Of a stretch of DNA of 64,000 nt, positions 10,617-20,700 are shown one piece after another. Positions within the stretch are counted from its first letter, which is position 1. Each line of letters opens with the position of its first letter. The stretch is from Candidatus Dormiibacterota bacterium (GTDB lineage Bacteria; Chloroflexota; Dormibacteria; Aeolococcales; Aeolococcaceae): positions 34,236 through 98,235 of the forward strand of contig DASZGL010000095.1 in the NCBI GenBank assembly GCA_035938875.1, written 5' to 3'. A program made the position numbers and the translations under genes. Under the pieces are notes generated by a model. That model saw only the letters and a program-made list of their open reading frames with translations. It searched no databases and was not told the DNA's origin.

Positions 10617-10801
10617 CCCCTGCAACATTCCCGGGGCAGCGCTGTCCTAGATCTATGGATGCGCGGCTGCCACCCCCCTGTGGCGGTAGCCTCGATGGGC
10701 CGGCTGGGCTGCATTCTGCCGGGCCTCGGCACTCATCGCCCCGGCGATGGACCGCCATGTGCGCCGCGCATCCTTTTCGAATCCCAGAAGGGTGTGCAGA
10801 G

Positions 10802-12034
10802 TCAGTTCGCTGACGGAACCTCCTCGGGCGGCGCCTCCACCTCGGCGGCGGCTGCCGCTCCATCGCGGCGGGGCACGTAGCCGGCTGTGGGCCCTCCGCC
10901 GCGCCGCCGCGCCGTCTCGGTGCGCAGCTCCTCGCGCCACGCGGGACGGCGGTCTGTGGGGCGCACCGGGGGGATCACCAGACCGGGCAGGTGGCGGCGG
11001 GGGCCCGACCACGGGGCTGGAGGCGCCTCAATCGCGTCGGCGATCGCGTAGCCGACGTGCTCGTAGTTCACCCGCCAGCCGCGGAAGTGCCGCCAGGCCT
11101 CGTCGACGGTCGTCTCCAGGTGCCAGCCCGCCTCCTTGACGTGGCGGACGGCGTCGACGAACTCCGCCTCGGTGAGCTGGATGGCGTCCTCGGGAGACGG
11201 ATCGCTGTCGAACGGAATGCGCATGCCCGTGGCGATGTCGCGCAGCGCCGTGGCGCTCATGCGCAGCACCAGACGCGTCTCCGAAGGGGCCGTATAGGGG
11301 TTGATGGCTCGTTGCAGCGCGGCGGCGTCGGCCACCGCGAGCACGGCTAGGATCCAGGAGCGCAACGGGTGCGGTGAGCGGAAGTAGAGCAGCACCGGGT
11401 AGTTGGTATGCGTCTCGGCGACATCCGCCGCCCAGCGCTCCCATTCCGCGTACAGGTCCTTGAGGTTGTCGACAATGTCGACCAATTCGTGCCGGGCGAG
11501 CACCTCCGGCCCCCAGATCGGTGCTCCGCCGCGGCTCTGCAGCATGGTCACCAGCGTCTCGCGCCGGTTGAAGGCGCCGTAGAGGACCGGCAGGTAGGCG
11601 ATCTGCACGGCGACGATGATCAGCCCGGTGGCGGCGGCGAGGAAGATCAGCGCGGTCGGCGCGGCGTCCGTCGCGCTGGCGATGCCCAGGGTCAACATTG
11701 AGGAGCCGGAGATGCGCACGGCGTCGCCGAACGAGCCGTTGATCAGCGGCCAGAGCATCAGCGCGTAGCCGGCGAGGAACAGTCCCAACCACACCCCGAG
11801 CAGACTGAGCAGCAGCCCGGGACCCAATGAGGCAAGGATGCGATCGCGTCGCTCCCAGTTGCCGAAGCGGTCGGCGATCAGATGGAAGGCGGTCACCGTC
11901 ATCCGCGTGACCGCCGCTGTGATCCGCGAGGACATGCCCCGCGGGACAACGAGCGTTTTGACCACGCTCGCCGACGTGCCCAGGACGATGAGCACGCCGG
12001 CGGCAAATCCGATCCATTCACCCACGCCGCTCAC
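10802..12034 (-). CDS. Hypothetical polytopic membrane protein with a long cytoplasmic C-terminal domain (possible ion-channel-like protein; no GYG filter)
   Basis: 410 aa. There are 4-5 hydrophobic helices in the first 160 aa and a soluble, Pro/Arg-rich tail. It is divergent from the GntR gene. Confidence 0.6.
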   Translation of the reverse strand: MSGVGEWIGFAAGVLIVLGTSASVVKTLVVPRGMSSRITAAVTRMTVTAFHLIADRFGNWERRDRILASLGPGLLLSLLGVWLGLFLAGYALMLWPLINGSFGDAVRISGSSMLTLGIASATDAAPTALIFLAAATGLIIVAVQIAYLPVLYGAFNRRETLVTMLQSRGGAPIWGPEVLARHELVDIVDNLKDLYAEWERWAADVAETHTNYPVLLYFRSPHPLRSWILAVLAVADAAALQRAINPYTAPSETRLVLRMSATALRDIATGMRIPFDSDPSPEDAIQLTEAEFVDAVRHVKEAGWHLETTVDEAWRHFRGWRVNYEHVGYAIADAIEAPPAPWSGPRRHLPGLVIPPVRPTDRRPAWREELRTETARRRGGGPTAGYVPRRDGAAAAAEVEAPPEEVPSAN

Positions 12035-12126
12035 CCGCGCATGATCGCGGAATCACCGCCGCGGGCGACGCGAGGCGTCGATTGGGAGGTCGAACAGGCG
12101 GCTCGGGAGCACCGTAGACTGACCGC

Positions 12127-12912
12127 GTGGTGGCTCAGGACCCGGTCGACGCAGCCGGCCCCGGCGACCTGGCCGAACCGGCGCTGCTGCCCCGTGAGCG
12201 GCTTGGCGAGAGGGTGCTGCGGGACCTCGAAGATCGCATCGTCACCGGCGCGCTCGTCGCCGGCGACCTGCTCCCCGCCGAGGCGCAGCTCGCCGCCCAC
12301 TACGCCGTCTCCTCGCGAGTCGTGCGCGAGGCTCTGGGGGCGCTCGCCGCACGCGGACTTGTCGAGGTGCGTCCCGGCAAGGGCACGCTGGTCCGCGGCG
12401 TCGACTCGGCTGCGCTGCGTGACTTCTTCGTCGTTGCCATGCGCGCCGACAGCCGGGGGTTGTGGGACCTCTTCGAGCTGCGCAAGCTGGTCGAGGTGCA
12501 GATCGCCGAGCTGGCGGCTCGTCGTGCGACGGGAGCCGACATCGAACGCTGCAGCGACGCGTTGGCCAGACTCGAGGCTGCGCAGCACACCCCCGAGGCG
12601 TACGTCATCGCCGACATCGACTTCCATCAGGCGATCGCGGCCGCCGCGGGAAACCGCATGCTCGGCCTGCTCCTCGAGGGGCTTCGCGAGCCGCTGCGCA
12701 TGGCCCGCGTGCGCTCCTGGCAGGGACGGATGCGAGTCGGCCACGAGGTGGCCGACCAGATCGAGATGCACCGCCGCATCCTCTTCGCGGTGCGACGTCA
12801 TCAGCCCCGCGCCGCAGCCGAGGCCATGGCGCGCCATCTCGACCTCGCCGAGGTGCACCTCCGCGCCGCGGAGATCAGCGATGTTCCGGCGTCGCGCTTG
12901 GCGAAACGCTAG
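12127..12912 (+). CDS. GntR-family transcriptional regulator (FadR/FCD subfamily)
   Basis: 261 aa. The N-terminal wHTH (AEAQLAAHYAVSSRVVREALGALAARGLVEVRPGKGTLV) is followed by an FCD-like helical C-terminal domain. Confidence 0.85.
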   Translation: MVAQDPVDAAGPGDLAEPALLPRERLGERVLRDLEDRIVTGALVAGDLLPAEAQLAAHYAVSSRVVREALGALAARGLVEVRPGKGTLVRGVDSAALRDFFVVAMRADSRGLWDLFELRKLVEVQIAELAARRATGADIERCSDALARLEAAQHTPEAYVIADIDFHQAIAAAAGNRMLGLLLEGLREPLRMARVRSWQGRMRVGHEVADQIEMHRRILFAVRRHQPRAAAEAMARHLDLAEVHLRAAEISDVPASRLAKR

Positions 12913-12926
12913 CGAAATCGATGCGG

Positions 12927-13490
12927 TCACGACCGCACCGCGAATGGAGCAATGCCGCGCACCACGTACCTCGTGCCACCGCGTTCGGGCACGGATTCGA
13001 AAAGGGTCACGCGATCGCAGGTGAACGCCGAAAACGCCGGCGCAACCGCGGACTTCCATGCCCGTCGCGCAACGTCGGGCCACGGGACGCGCGGCCTGCC
13101 GATGGTGCAGTGCGCGCGAAACGGCCGTGGCTCGGCGGTGAAACCGGCCCGGACGAGCGCGTCCTCGGCGGCCGCGGCGAGCCGGCTCAGCTCGCCCGCA
13201 CCGCCATCGACGCCGAGCCAGAGCACCCGTGGCGTGCCCCTGTCGGCGAAGCTCCCGTAGCTTCCCAGGCGCACGTCGAAGGGTGCTGCCCCCTCGACCG
13301 CAGCGCCCACCGCGCCAAGCACCCTCGGGACATCGTCCTCAGACAGATCGGCGAAGAAATGCAGGGTGACATGAACCGTCTCCGGCCGCACCCAGCGCAC
13401 TGCCGGGACTTCCTCGCGGAGTCGGGCAAGAGCGTCGGCGACAGAGTCGAGCGCGGGCGGCGCGACGGCGATGGCGACGAATGCGCGCAC
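12927..13490 (-). CDS. thpR: RNA 2',3'-cyclic phosphodiesterase (2H/LigT family, ThpR)
   Basis: 187 aa with two H-x-T/S-x motifs (HVTLHF and HCTIGR). Confidence 0.85.
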   Translation of the reverse strand: MRAFVAIAVAPPALDSVADALARLREEVPAVRWVRPETVHVTLHFFADLSEDDVPRVLGAVGAAVEGAAPFDVRLGSYGSFADRGTPRVLWLGVDGGAGELSRLAAAAEDALVRAGFTAEPRPFRAHCTIGRPRVPWPDVARRAWKSAVAPAFSAFTCDRVTLFESVPERGGTRYVVRGIAPFAVRS

Positions 13491-13500
13491 TCCGGCGATG

Positions 13501-14505
13501 CTAGGGACGGGGACTGAAGGCTGCAGTCGGCGAAGGTGTGGCCGCCGGCGACGCTGCCGGCGTCGGGGAGCTGTGTATCGGCGCGTTGCAGGGTTGCAGG
13601 CTGGGGTCGAGGAACACCTTGATCTGCCCCGCGTCGCAGTACTGGGCGACGGCGTCGAGCACCGACTGGGTGAACCAGTCGGGTCGCTCTTTCACCGTGT
13701 ACGGGCGTGGCGCGGCGACCAGGATGCGGTGCAGGCTTCGCGAGGTGGGCCCCGACGCGTCGAGTCGGAGGATCTCGTAGCCGGCGTCGTCGCGCACCGC
13801 GGGGTTGGTCATCGCACCGACCTTCAGCGAGTTGACCGCCGCGGCGAACGCCGGCGCCTCAGCGCGCAACTGGTCGACGCTGATGGCGCCCAGGTCGCCG
13901 CCCTTGGCCTTCGAGGTGTCGTCGTCGGAGAGCTGCATGGCCAGGGTCGCAAAGTCGTTGCCCGAGGTGATGTCGGCGACGATGGTCGCCGCCCGCTGTT
14001 GAGCGAACAGGTCCTCGAGTCGCTGCTCGTTGATCCGGGCGCGAATCTGGTCGCGCAGCTGGGCAACGGAGCCGCCGGCTTCGCTCTGCTGCGTCTGTAG
14101 CTGGTCCATGCCGCCGACAGCCTGCGCTGCCGCGTCGAGCTCCGCCTGAACGTCGCTGTCACTGGCGGAAATGTGCTGGTACTGCGCTTCGATGGAGATC
14201 CGCGCATCGACGATGAGGCTCTGCAGCACCTGGGCACGGAGCTTCTGCAGGAAGGCCCCGTATTGCGGCGAGCCGGACTGGGGGCCGCCACCCTGCTGGA
14301 TGGCGGTCAGCGCCGAACGCAGCCGTGCGTCGAAGAGGTCGCTGGAGATGACCACCGATCCCACCTGTGCCACCGGCTGCGGCGCCGCTGCACTGCCGGA
14401 ATCGTGCGCGCGCAGGCGTAAGCCCGCGAGCACCGCGCCGATGACGAGCGCCGCTGCGATCGGCACCGCGTACAGCATGAGCCGGCGTCGTCCCCGGGCA
14501 GGCAT
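13501..14505 (-). CDS. Parvulin-type peptidyl-prolyl cis-trans isomerase (SurA/PrsA-like) with an N-terminal TM anchor
   Basis: The C-terminal PpiC domain contains GGDLGAISVDQL...GYEILRL. The start was moved to ATG 14505 (MPARGRRRLMLYAVPIAAALVIG), which avoids a 100-nt overlap with the SDR gene that ends at 14511. Confidence 0.7.
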   Translation of the reverse strand: MPARGRRRLMLYAVPIAAALVIGAVLAGLRLRAHDSGSAAAPQPVAQVGSVVISSDLFDARLRSALTAIQQGGGPQSGSPQYGAFLQKLRAQVLQSLIVDARISIEAQYQHISASDSDVQAELDAAAQAVGGMDQLQTQQSEAGGSVAQLRDQIRARINEQRLEDLFAQQRAATIVADITSGNDFATLAMQLSDDDTSKAKGGDLGAISVDQLRAEAPAFAAAVNSLKVGAMTNPAVRDDAGYEILRLDASGPTSRSLHRILVAAPRPYTVKERPDWFTQSVLDAVAQYCDAGQIKVFLDPSLQPCNAPIHSSPTPAASPAATPSPTAAFSPRP

Positions 14506-14510
14506 GGACG

Positions 14511-15188
14511 TCAGGCCCTGCCGTACACCGGGACCAGGCCGCCGCTGACGACACCCGACTCGCCACCGAGCAGCCAGCTGACCACCGCGGCGACGTCGGC
14601 CACGGCGACCCAACGACCATGGTCGGCATCGGGCATCGCCGCACGGTTTGCCGGGGTGTCCATGGTGCTCGGCAGCACCGCGTTGACGGTGATTGCACGA
14701 TCGCGCAGCTCACGTGCCATGACCTCGACGAGACGTGCAACGGCGACCTTGGACAGTTGGTAGCCGGCCTGATTGGGCTGCACGTCCACCGCCGCACGTC
14801 CCGCGGTGAGCACGATCCGCCCGCCACCACCGTGTTCGAGCATCGCCTGCGCCGCGGCCCTGGCAAGACGCCAGGGACCGAGGAGGTTGAGCTCGAGCTG
14901 TTCGAGCATCGCTGGGTCGCCGATCTCGTGAGCGCGGCCCGGCGCATAGCCGCCGGAACAGCTCACCGCGGCGGTCCACCGGCCGGTGGCAGCGACGCGA
15001 GCCGCCAGCGAGTCCACCTGCGCCGCATTCGACAGGTCGCACTGGACGTGGATCGCACCCCGCGGCAGATCACCCTGATCGGGACGCCGGCTGAGAGCGA
15101 TGCACGTCCAGCCATCGGCGACGAGGCGAGCGACGACGGCGCGGCCCAGGCCGCCGGTGGCGCCGCCGACCACGGCGACATCGCTCAT
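14511..15188 (-). CDS. SDR-family oxidoreductase
   Basis: 225 aa with the glycine-rich NAD(P) motif VVGGATGGLGRAV and a catalytic Y-x3-K (YQLSK). Confidence 0.85.
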   Translation of the reverse strand: MSDVAVVGGATGGLGRAVVARLVADGWTCIALSRRPDQGDLPRGAIHVQCDLSNAAQVDSLAARVAATGRWTAAVSCSGGYAPGRAHEIGDPAMLEQLELNLLGPWRLARAAAQAMLEHGGGGRIVLTAGRAAVDVQPNQAGYQLSKVAVARLVEVMARELRDRAITVNAVLPSTMDTPANRAAMPDADHGRWVAVADVAAVVSWLLGGESGVVSGGLVPVYGRA

Positions 15189-16513
15189 CGCGTCGCGGGA
15201 TGCAGAGAGCCGATGTTGCGCAACGGCGCTCGCGTCCCAGCCACGACCGCGACAACGCCGACGACGAGTGCGCCGACGCCGATGGCGTCGAAGAGGGGGA
15301 CGACGTGTCCCACCAGCCCGTAGAACAGCGTTCCCAGGGGCTGCAGCCCGGCGAGGATCATGGTGTAGATCCCCAGAAGACGGCCGCGCATCGCCGGATC
15401 GGTCTCGGTCTGCAGGAGGGTGGTCATCGAGGTGTTCATCGCCAGGAATCCGAAGCTGACGCCGACCAGCGCCGGGAGGGCGACGCCGAGGAGCTGAGCG
15501 TGGCTGAGGGTGAACAAGCTGAATGCGTAGATCACCCCACCGCCGACCAGCATGCGGACGCGGGTGCTGCCCCTTCCCAACGACGCGATGATCAGGCCGG
15601 CAGCCAGTCCCCCGACTCCGCCGGTGCTGTACATCAGGCCGAGCACCCGAGCATCGCCGTGGAGGGCAGTTTTAGCCAGTACCGGCAGATACGGCATGTA
15701 GGCGACGCCCAAAAACGACAGCGTCGCCGCGCTGATGACCAGCAGGCGCACCATCGGATCGTGCAGCGCCAGGCGCAGTCCCGCGGCGATATCGCCCATC
15801 GGCGAGCTCCCCGCGCGGCGGGGCAGTGGCTTGATGTCGGGGATGACGGTGAGCAAGACGCTGATGGGCACGATGTAGGCAAGACCGAGGGCGAGGAAGC
15901 AGGCGCCGGGTCCGACGGTTGCCAGCAGAAGACCGGCGATCGAGGGGCCGATGATCCGGCAGGTGCTCATGGTCACCGAACCCAACGCCACCGCGCTGAC
16001 CACCAGCTCGCGATCGACGAGGTCGCCGATCAAGGCCTGGCGGGTGGGCAGGTCGACGGAGTCGGCCGAGCCGAAGACGAAGGCGACGAGCGCGATCGCG
16101 GCGAGCGAGGCATGCCCGCTGAAGGCGACGACGGCGAGGCTGCACGAGCTGACGCCGAGGATGCTCTGAGTGACGAGAAGAATGCGGCGGCGGGGAACGC
16201 GGTCGGCGACGACGCCCCCGGCGAGCGGGAACACGATCGCGGGAAGACCCTGACAGGCGGCGACCACACCGACCGCTGTCTGGCTGCCGGTCACCTGGAA
16301 GACGAAGTAGCCGAGAGCGACCACCTGCATCCACATGCCCAGCAGCACTGGCCACTGCGCCGCCCAGTACCAGCGGAAGGGCCTGACCCGCAGCGCCGGT
16401 GGCGGGAACCGCGGAACTCTGGGCGCCTCGGCGCCGGCCAAGACGTTCGACGCCGCGGGCTGCGCAGCCGTCTCCGCGATCACCTCCGTGGTCGTCTCCA
16501 CGGCGAGGATCAT
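15185..16513 (-). CDS. MFS transporter
   Basis: 442 aa with about 12 TM helices and the MFS motif GGVVADRVPRRRIL. Its stop overlaps the SDR start. Confidence 0.85.
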   Translation of the reverse strand: MILAVETTTEVIAETAAQPAASNVLAGAEAPRVPRFPPPALRVRPFRWYWAAQWPVLLGMWMQVVALGYFVFQVTGSQTAVGVVAACQGLPAIVFPLAGGVVADRVPRRRILLVTQSILGVSSCSLAVVAFSGHASLAAIALVAFVFGSADSVDLPTRQALIGDLVDRELVVSAVALGSVTMSTCRIIGPSIAGLLLATVGPGACFLALGLAYIVPISVLLTVIPDIKPLPRRAGSSPMGDIAAGLRLALHDPMVRLLVISAATLSFLGVAYMPYLPVLAKTALHGDARVLGLMYSTGGVGGLAAGLIIASLGRGSTRVRMLVGGGVIYAFSLFTLSHAQLLGVALPALVGVSFGFLAMNTSMTTLLQTETDPAMRGRLLGIYTMILAGLQPLGTLFYGLVGHVVPLFDAIGVGALVVGVVAVVAGTRAPLRNIGSLHPATR

Positions 16514-16548
16514 CGCAGAGCCGCGCCGCAGGCCTGCCCGCGCAGCGG

Positions 16549-17700
16549 TCAGATAACCGCGACCTCGGCGTCGATGTCGCCGCGCACGAAGCGCTGGGGG
16601 TCGTACGGGGACAGGTCGATCGCAGGTTGGCGGCCCAGGACCACGTCGGCGAGCAATTGGCCGATGGCCGGAGCCTGCATGAAGCCGTGGCCGCTGAAGC
16701 CGCAGCAGAGCCAGAAGCCGCTCACTCCGGGGGCCTCGCCCACGATCGCCTGGTTGTCGGGCGAGACCTCGTAGAGGCCGGCCCAGCCGGTTCGGATCCG
16801 GGCACGCTCGAGGACCGGCAGGCGCCAGGTGGCGTGCTCGATGAGGTGCTCGAGGAAGTCCCAGGCGACGCTGGTGTCGAAGGACGACGGTTCCGCGGGG
16901 TCGCTCATGCCGAGCAGCAGTCCCTCACCCTCGGGATGGAAGTAGAACGAGGTGTGGAAGTCGACGGTCATCGGCGCCGGCCGTGTCAGGGAGAAGCTCT
17001 CGGTGACGAAGATGTGCCGCCGGTACGGCCGCACGGGGACGTCGACACCCGCCAGCCGTCCCACCAGCGCGGCGTACGGCCCTGCGCAGTTGATGACGAG
17101 GCCGGCAGCAACCCGCCGGCCACCGGCGTGCACCGCCATCACGCGATCTTTCTCGACGTCGATGCCCTCGACGGCGCACCCCTCGACGATTGTCGCGCCA
17201 TGCCGGCGTGCCGCAGATGCGTAGCCCATGGTCACCTCGTGGGGACCGGCAAGGCCGTCGCTGGGACACCAGGTCGCCGCGGTGAGGTCGTCGCGGCGCA
17301 GGTCGGGCACAAGCTCGACGGCGGCGTCGACCGAGAGCAGCTCGACGTCGTCGAGACCGGCTTCGCGCTGCACCTCGACGTTTCGCGCGAACTGTGCGGC
17401 CTCGGCGTCGGTCGTTGCCAGCAGCAGGTACCCGATCTGACGCAGCGCCGCTGTGGCGCCGGTCTCCTCCTCGAAGCGCTCCAGCATGGCGCGGCTCATC
17501 CGGCTGACGCGAACATTGACCGCGGTGGAGAACTGCTGGCGCACCCCACCCGCACCGCGCGCGGTCGAGCCGGCGCCCAGCTCACCGCGTTCCAGCAATA
17601 CCGGGCACATCCCCCCGCGGGCGAGGTGATACGCGAGGCTGCAGCCGACGACTCCGCCGCCGACGATGACGCACTCGGCGGACGCCGGCAGCTCGACCAC
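16549..17700 (-). CDS. FAD-dependent oxidoreductase (DAO family; sarcosine/glycine/D-amino-acid oxidase-like)
   Basis: 383 aa with an N-terminal dinucleotide-binding motif, VIVGGGVVGCSLAYHLA. Confidence 0.85.
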   Translation of the reverse strand: MVELPASAECVIVGGGVVGCSLAYHLARGGMCPVLLERGELGAGSTARGAGGVRQQFSTAVNVRVSRMSRAMLERFEEETGATAALRQIGYLLLATTDAEAAQFARNVEVQREAGLDDVELLSVDAAVELVPDLRRDDLTAATWCPSDGLAGPHEVTMGYASAARRHGATIVEGCAVEGIDVEKDRVMAVHAGGRRVAAGLVINCAGPYAALVGRLAGVDVPVRPYRRHIFVTESFSLTRPAPMTVDFHTSFYFHPEGEGLLLGMSDPAEPSSFDTSVAWDFLEHLIEHATWRLPVLERARIRTGWAGLYEVSPDNQAIVGEAPGVSGFWLCCGFSGHGFMQAPAIGQLLADVVLGRQPAIDLSPYDPQRFVRGDIDAEVAVI

Positions 17701-17704
17701 GGGG

Positions 17705-18541
17705 CTACGCCGCAGCCGGGAGGGGCCGGCCGTCGAGAAAGGCGCCCAGGACGGCGAGCTGGCGGCGGACGAATTCCTCGCTCCAGCCGTGACCGGCCTC
17801 GTCGACCACGGCGAGCTCGACGCTCTCGCAGTGCGACGTCAGCTCAGCCAGTCCGGGCACGTCGACGATCCGGTCGCCGGCAGCCGCGAGGATCAGTGTG
17901 GGCCGCTCGCGCAGCTCGACGAGGTCGATGTCGTGCCGGCGAAGCCCATCGCGCAACCACTCCCGGGTCGCTCGGGGAAGGGCTCGACGCTGATTGCGGA
18001 AGTTCATCTCCGCGGCGCGCCGGTCGACATCGGCCCCCTCGACGAGGAGTCGCTTGTAGACATCGCTGACGACGCGTCGGCGGCTGAGCCAGACGACGGT
18101 GGGGAAGACACCCGCCGCGGTCATCGCCCGCGCCTGAACGTGGAAGCGCCGCCGCACCAGGCCGGGCGCCAGCAGCGGTGTGTGCAGGATGAGGCGGCCG
18201 ACCGCGTCGGGGCGGCGGCGGGCGATGGCGCAGGCGACCGCTGCGCCCAGACACAGTCCACCGAGGTCGAACTCGGCGATGCCCAGGTCGTCGAGAAGCG
18301 CCTCGATTGGATCGGCGAGCCCCTCCGCGGTGTGCGCGCCGGGCAGCGGCGACGAGGACCCGCACCCGGGCAGGTCAGGCACCACCAGGCTGCGCCGCGT
18401 GCCCAAGGCGTCGAACCACGTCTCGAAGTTCTCCGCCGAGCCCATGAACCCGTGGCAGAGGAGCAGCGGCGGCCCTTCGCCGCCGGTCAGGTAGCGCAGC
18501 TTCCCCGAGGCGACGTGGAGAACGCCTTCGCGCATCGCCAC
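17705..18541 (-). CDS. Alpha/beta-fold hydrolase
   Basis: 278 aa with LLLCHGFMGS and a G-x-S-x-G-like nucleophile elbow. Confidence 0.8.
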   Translation of the reverse strand: MAMREGVLHVASGKLRYLTGGEGPPLLLCHGFMGSAENFETWFDALGTRRSLVVPDLPGCGSSSPLPGAHTAEGLADPIEALLDDLGIAEFDLGGLCLGAAVACAIARRRPDAVGRLILHTPLLAPGLVRRRFHVQARAMTAAGVFPTVVWLSRRRVVSDVYKRLLVEGADVDRRAAEMNFRNQRRALPRATREWLRDGLRRHDIDLVELRERPTLILAAAGDRIVDVPGLAELTSHCESVELAVVDEAGHGWSEEFVRRQLAVLGAFLDGRPLPAAA

Positions 18542-18583
18542 AGCGTAGTCGACCCCTGACAGCCGCAGCAGCGGCCGCCGAGA

Positions 18584-19141
18584 CTAGCCGCGGCCCGACC
18601 AGTCGTCGATCGCCGCCAGGATGAAGCCGCCCTTGTGCTCGGCGTAATCCGGCGATTCGACGATGCCTGCGGCGATGAGCTCGCGCTTGCGCTCCACATA
18701 CGCGGCCGCCAGCCCGGGATCGGCGCGAAGGCGATCGCGAAAAGCGCGCAGGCAGTCCACCTCCCACGATGTCGCAACGAGGACGTGGGCGTGGACGCGA
18801 TACACCTTGCCCTCGAGGAGAACGGTGCCCACGCGCATCGGCCGCTCCTCGGGGAAGGGGACGCCGAACGTCTGCCGCTGGAAGCCGAGGGCGTCGAGCG
18901 CCTCCCGCGCCTGCGCGAGCATCCCTTCGGGGTAGAGGACCATGAGGTCGACGATCCCCTTGCCGGCGAGCTGAGGCACGGCGGTGCTGCCCACGTGCTC
19001 GACCTCGAGCTCGGGCATCGTCTGCTTGACCCAGGAGGCGACGAGCTCGGCCACGTCCGCGGATCGCGGATCCGACGCCTCGAGGCTGGCGACGACGTGG
19101 TCGTAGGGACCGATCTGCGCGCTGTTCAAGGAACTCCTCAC
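18584..19141 (-). CDS. GrpB-family protein (UPF0157, nucleotidyltransferase-fold)
   Basis: The conserved region is IGPYDHVV...EVEHVGSTAVPQLAGKGIVDLMV. The track ORF extends to 19594, but the upstream 150 aa are low-complexity. I set the start at the in-frame GTG 19141. Confidence 0.65.
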   Translation of the reverse strand: MRSSLNSAQIGPYDHVVASLEASDPRSADVAELVASWVKQTMPELEVEHVGSTAVPQLAGKGIVDLMVLYPEGMLAQAREALDALGFQRQTFGVPFPEERPMRVGTVLLEGKVYRVHAHVLVATSWEVDCLRAFRDRLRADPGLAAAYVERKRELIAAGIVESPDYAEHKGGFILAAIDDWSGRG

Positions 19142-19200
19142 CCGTGCGGCCGGCGCGGCCGCCGCATGCAGCGGAGCGTACCAGGGACGTTCGCCCCAGA

Positions 19201-20700
19201 TCACACGTCGATCTGGGCGCGTTGCAGGTGGCCGCTGTAGTCGATGTACACGGACTTCCACTCGCTGAACTGGTCGAGGGCGACGCTGCCCGCCTCGCGA
19301 TGACCGTTCCCGGTGTTCTTCACCCCGCCGAAGGGCAACTGGATTTCCGCTCCGATGGTGGGAGCATTGACGTAGACGATCCCGGCCTGGAGCCGGTCGA
19401 TGGCGGAGAACGCGGTGCGCAGGTCGCGCGTATAGATGGAGAGGCTGAGGCCGTAGCCGGTGCTGTTGGCCACCTGCAGCGCCTCCTCGAAGTCGGCGAC
19501 GGGGAGGATGGCCGTGGTCGGGCCGAAGATCTCCTCCTGGGCGACGCGCATCGTCGAGCGCACGCCGGTGAGGATGGTGGGCTGGTAGAACCAACCGTCG
19601 GCGAGCGCACCGCCGGCGATCTCGCCGCCGATGGCAACGTCTGCCCCCTCCTGGCGGGCCACGTCGGTGTAGCCGTGGATCCGCCGCAGCTGCTTCTCGT
19701 TGATGACAGGGCCGACATCAACGTCCTGGTCGAGACCGTCGCCGAGACGCAGCGCGGCTGCCCGGGTGAGCAGCTGCGCGGTGAAGTCGGGCAGCGCCGA
19801 TTGCTGGACCACCAGCCGCGACGACGCCGTGCAGCGTTGACCACTGGTGCCGAAGGCCCCCCACAGGGCTCCATCCACCGCCAGGGCGACGTCGGCGTCG
19901 TCCATCACCACGATGGCGTTCTTGCCGCCCAACTCGAGTGAGCAGCGCTTCAGCTGGGTGGCGCAGACTTCGGCGACGTGGCGGCCGGTGGGCACGCTGC
20001 CGGTGAAGGAGATGCCGGCGATGCCCGGGTGGCGGAGGACGGCCTCACCGGCCTCGGTTCCGTAGCCGAAGACGATGTTGACAACTCCGGCAGGAAGGCC
20101 CGCCTCCTCGAGGATCTCCACCAGCCGGAGCGCGCACGAGGGAGTGTCCTCGGCGGGCTTGAACACCACCGCATTGCCCGCCATGAGCGCGGGAAACAGC
20201 TTCCACGTGGGAATGGCGATGGGAAAGTTCCAGGGAGTGATGACCCCGACCACGCCGAGCGGTTGGCGCATGGTCATGCAGAACTTGTCGCGAAGCTCGC
20301 TGGGCACCGTCTCGCCGTAGGCGCGGCGGCCCTCGCCGGCGATGTACTTGGCCATGTCGATGCCCTCCTGGACATCGCCGCGCGCCTCGACCAACACCTT
20401 GCCCATCTCCCGGGTCATCAGCCGGGCAAGCTCCTCCTTGCGCTCTTCGAGCAGTTGCCCGGCGCGCAGGATGATCTCGCCGCGCGCCGGCCACGGCGTG
20501 CGCCGCCAACCCTCGAAAGCGCCGGCGGCGGCGACCACCGCGCGCTCGACGTCCTCGGCGCCGCCGCGGGCGAAGACGCCGACAACCTCCTGGTGATGTG
20601 CCGGGTTGCGCGACTCGAAGGTTTCCCCGCCGACGCCCTCGACGCTTCGCCCACCGATGTGATGGCCTGCCTGCACAACGGTTCCCGTGGTCGTGCTCAT
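19201..20700 (-). CDS. NAD(P)-dependent aldehyde dehydrogenase (possibly succinate-semialdehyde dehydrogenase, given the adjacent aminotransferase)
   Basis: 499 aa with ALDH motifs (FTGSVPTGRHV, ELGGKNA, catalytic Cys region). ATGA overlap with the upstream aminotransferase. Confidence 0.9.
   Translation of the reverse strand: MSTTTGTVVQAGHHIGGRSVEGVGGETFESRNPAHHQEVVGVFARGGAEDVERAVVAAAGAFEGWRRTPWPARGEIILRAGQLLEERKEELARLMTREMGKVLVEARGDVQEGIDMAKYIAGEGRRAYGETVPSELRDKFCMTMRQPLGVVGVITPWNFPIAIPTWKLFPALMAGNAVVFKPAEDTPSCALRLVEILEEAGLPAGVVNIVFGYGTEAGEAVLRHPGIAGISFTGSVPTGRHVAEVCATQLKRCSLELGGKNAIVVMDDADVALAVDGALWGAFGTSGQRCTASSRLVVQQSALPDFTAQLLTRAAALRLGDGLDQDVDVGPVINEKQLRRIHGYTDVARQEGADVAIGGEIAGGALADGWFYQPTILTGVRSTMRVAQEEIFGPTTAILPVADFEEALQVANSTGYGLSLSIYTRDLRTAFSAIDRLQAGIVYVNAPTIGAEIQLPFGGVKNTGNGHREAGSVALDQFSEWKSVYIDYSGHLQRAQIDV

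Noticed and set aside
10755-10790. GC palindrome ATGTGCGCCGCGCAT followed by CCTTTTCG, downstream of rpe
   Set aside because: The stem is imperfect and short, and the T-tract is weak. This is not enough to call a terminator.
16399-18069. 556-aa plus-strand ORF, plus 17666-18559 (+)
   Set aside because: They are antisense to the FAD oxidase and hydrolase genes. The products are Arg/Gly/Pro-rich with no domain.
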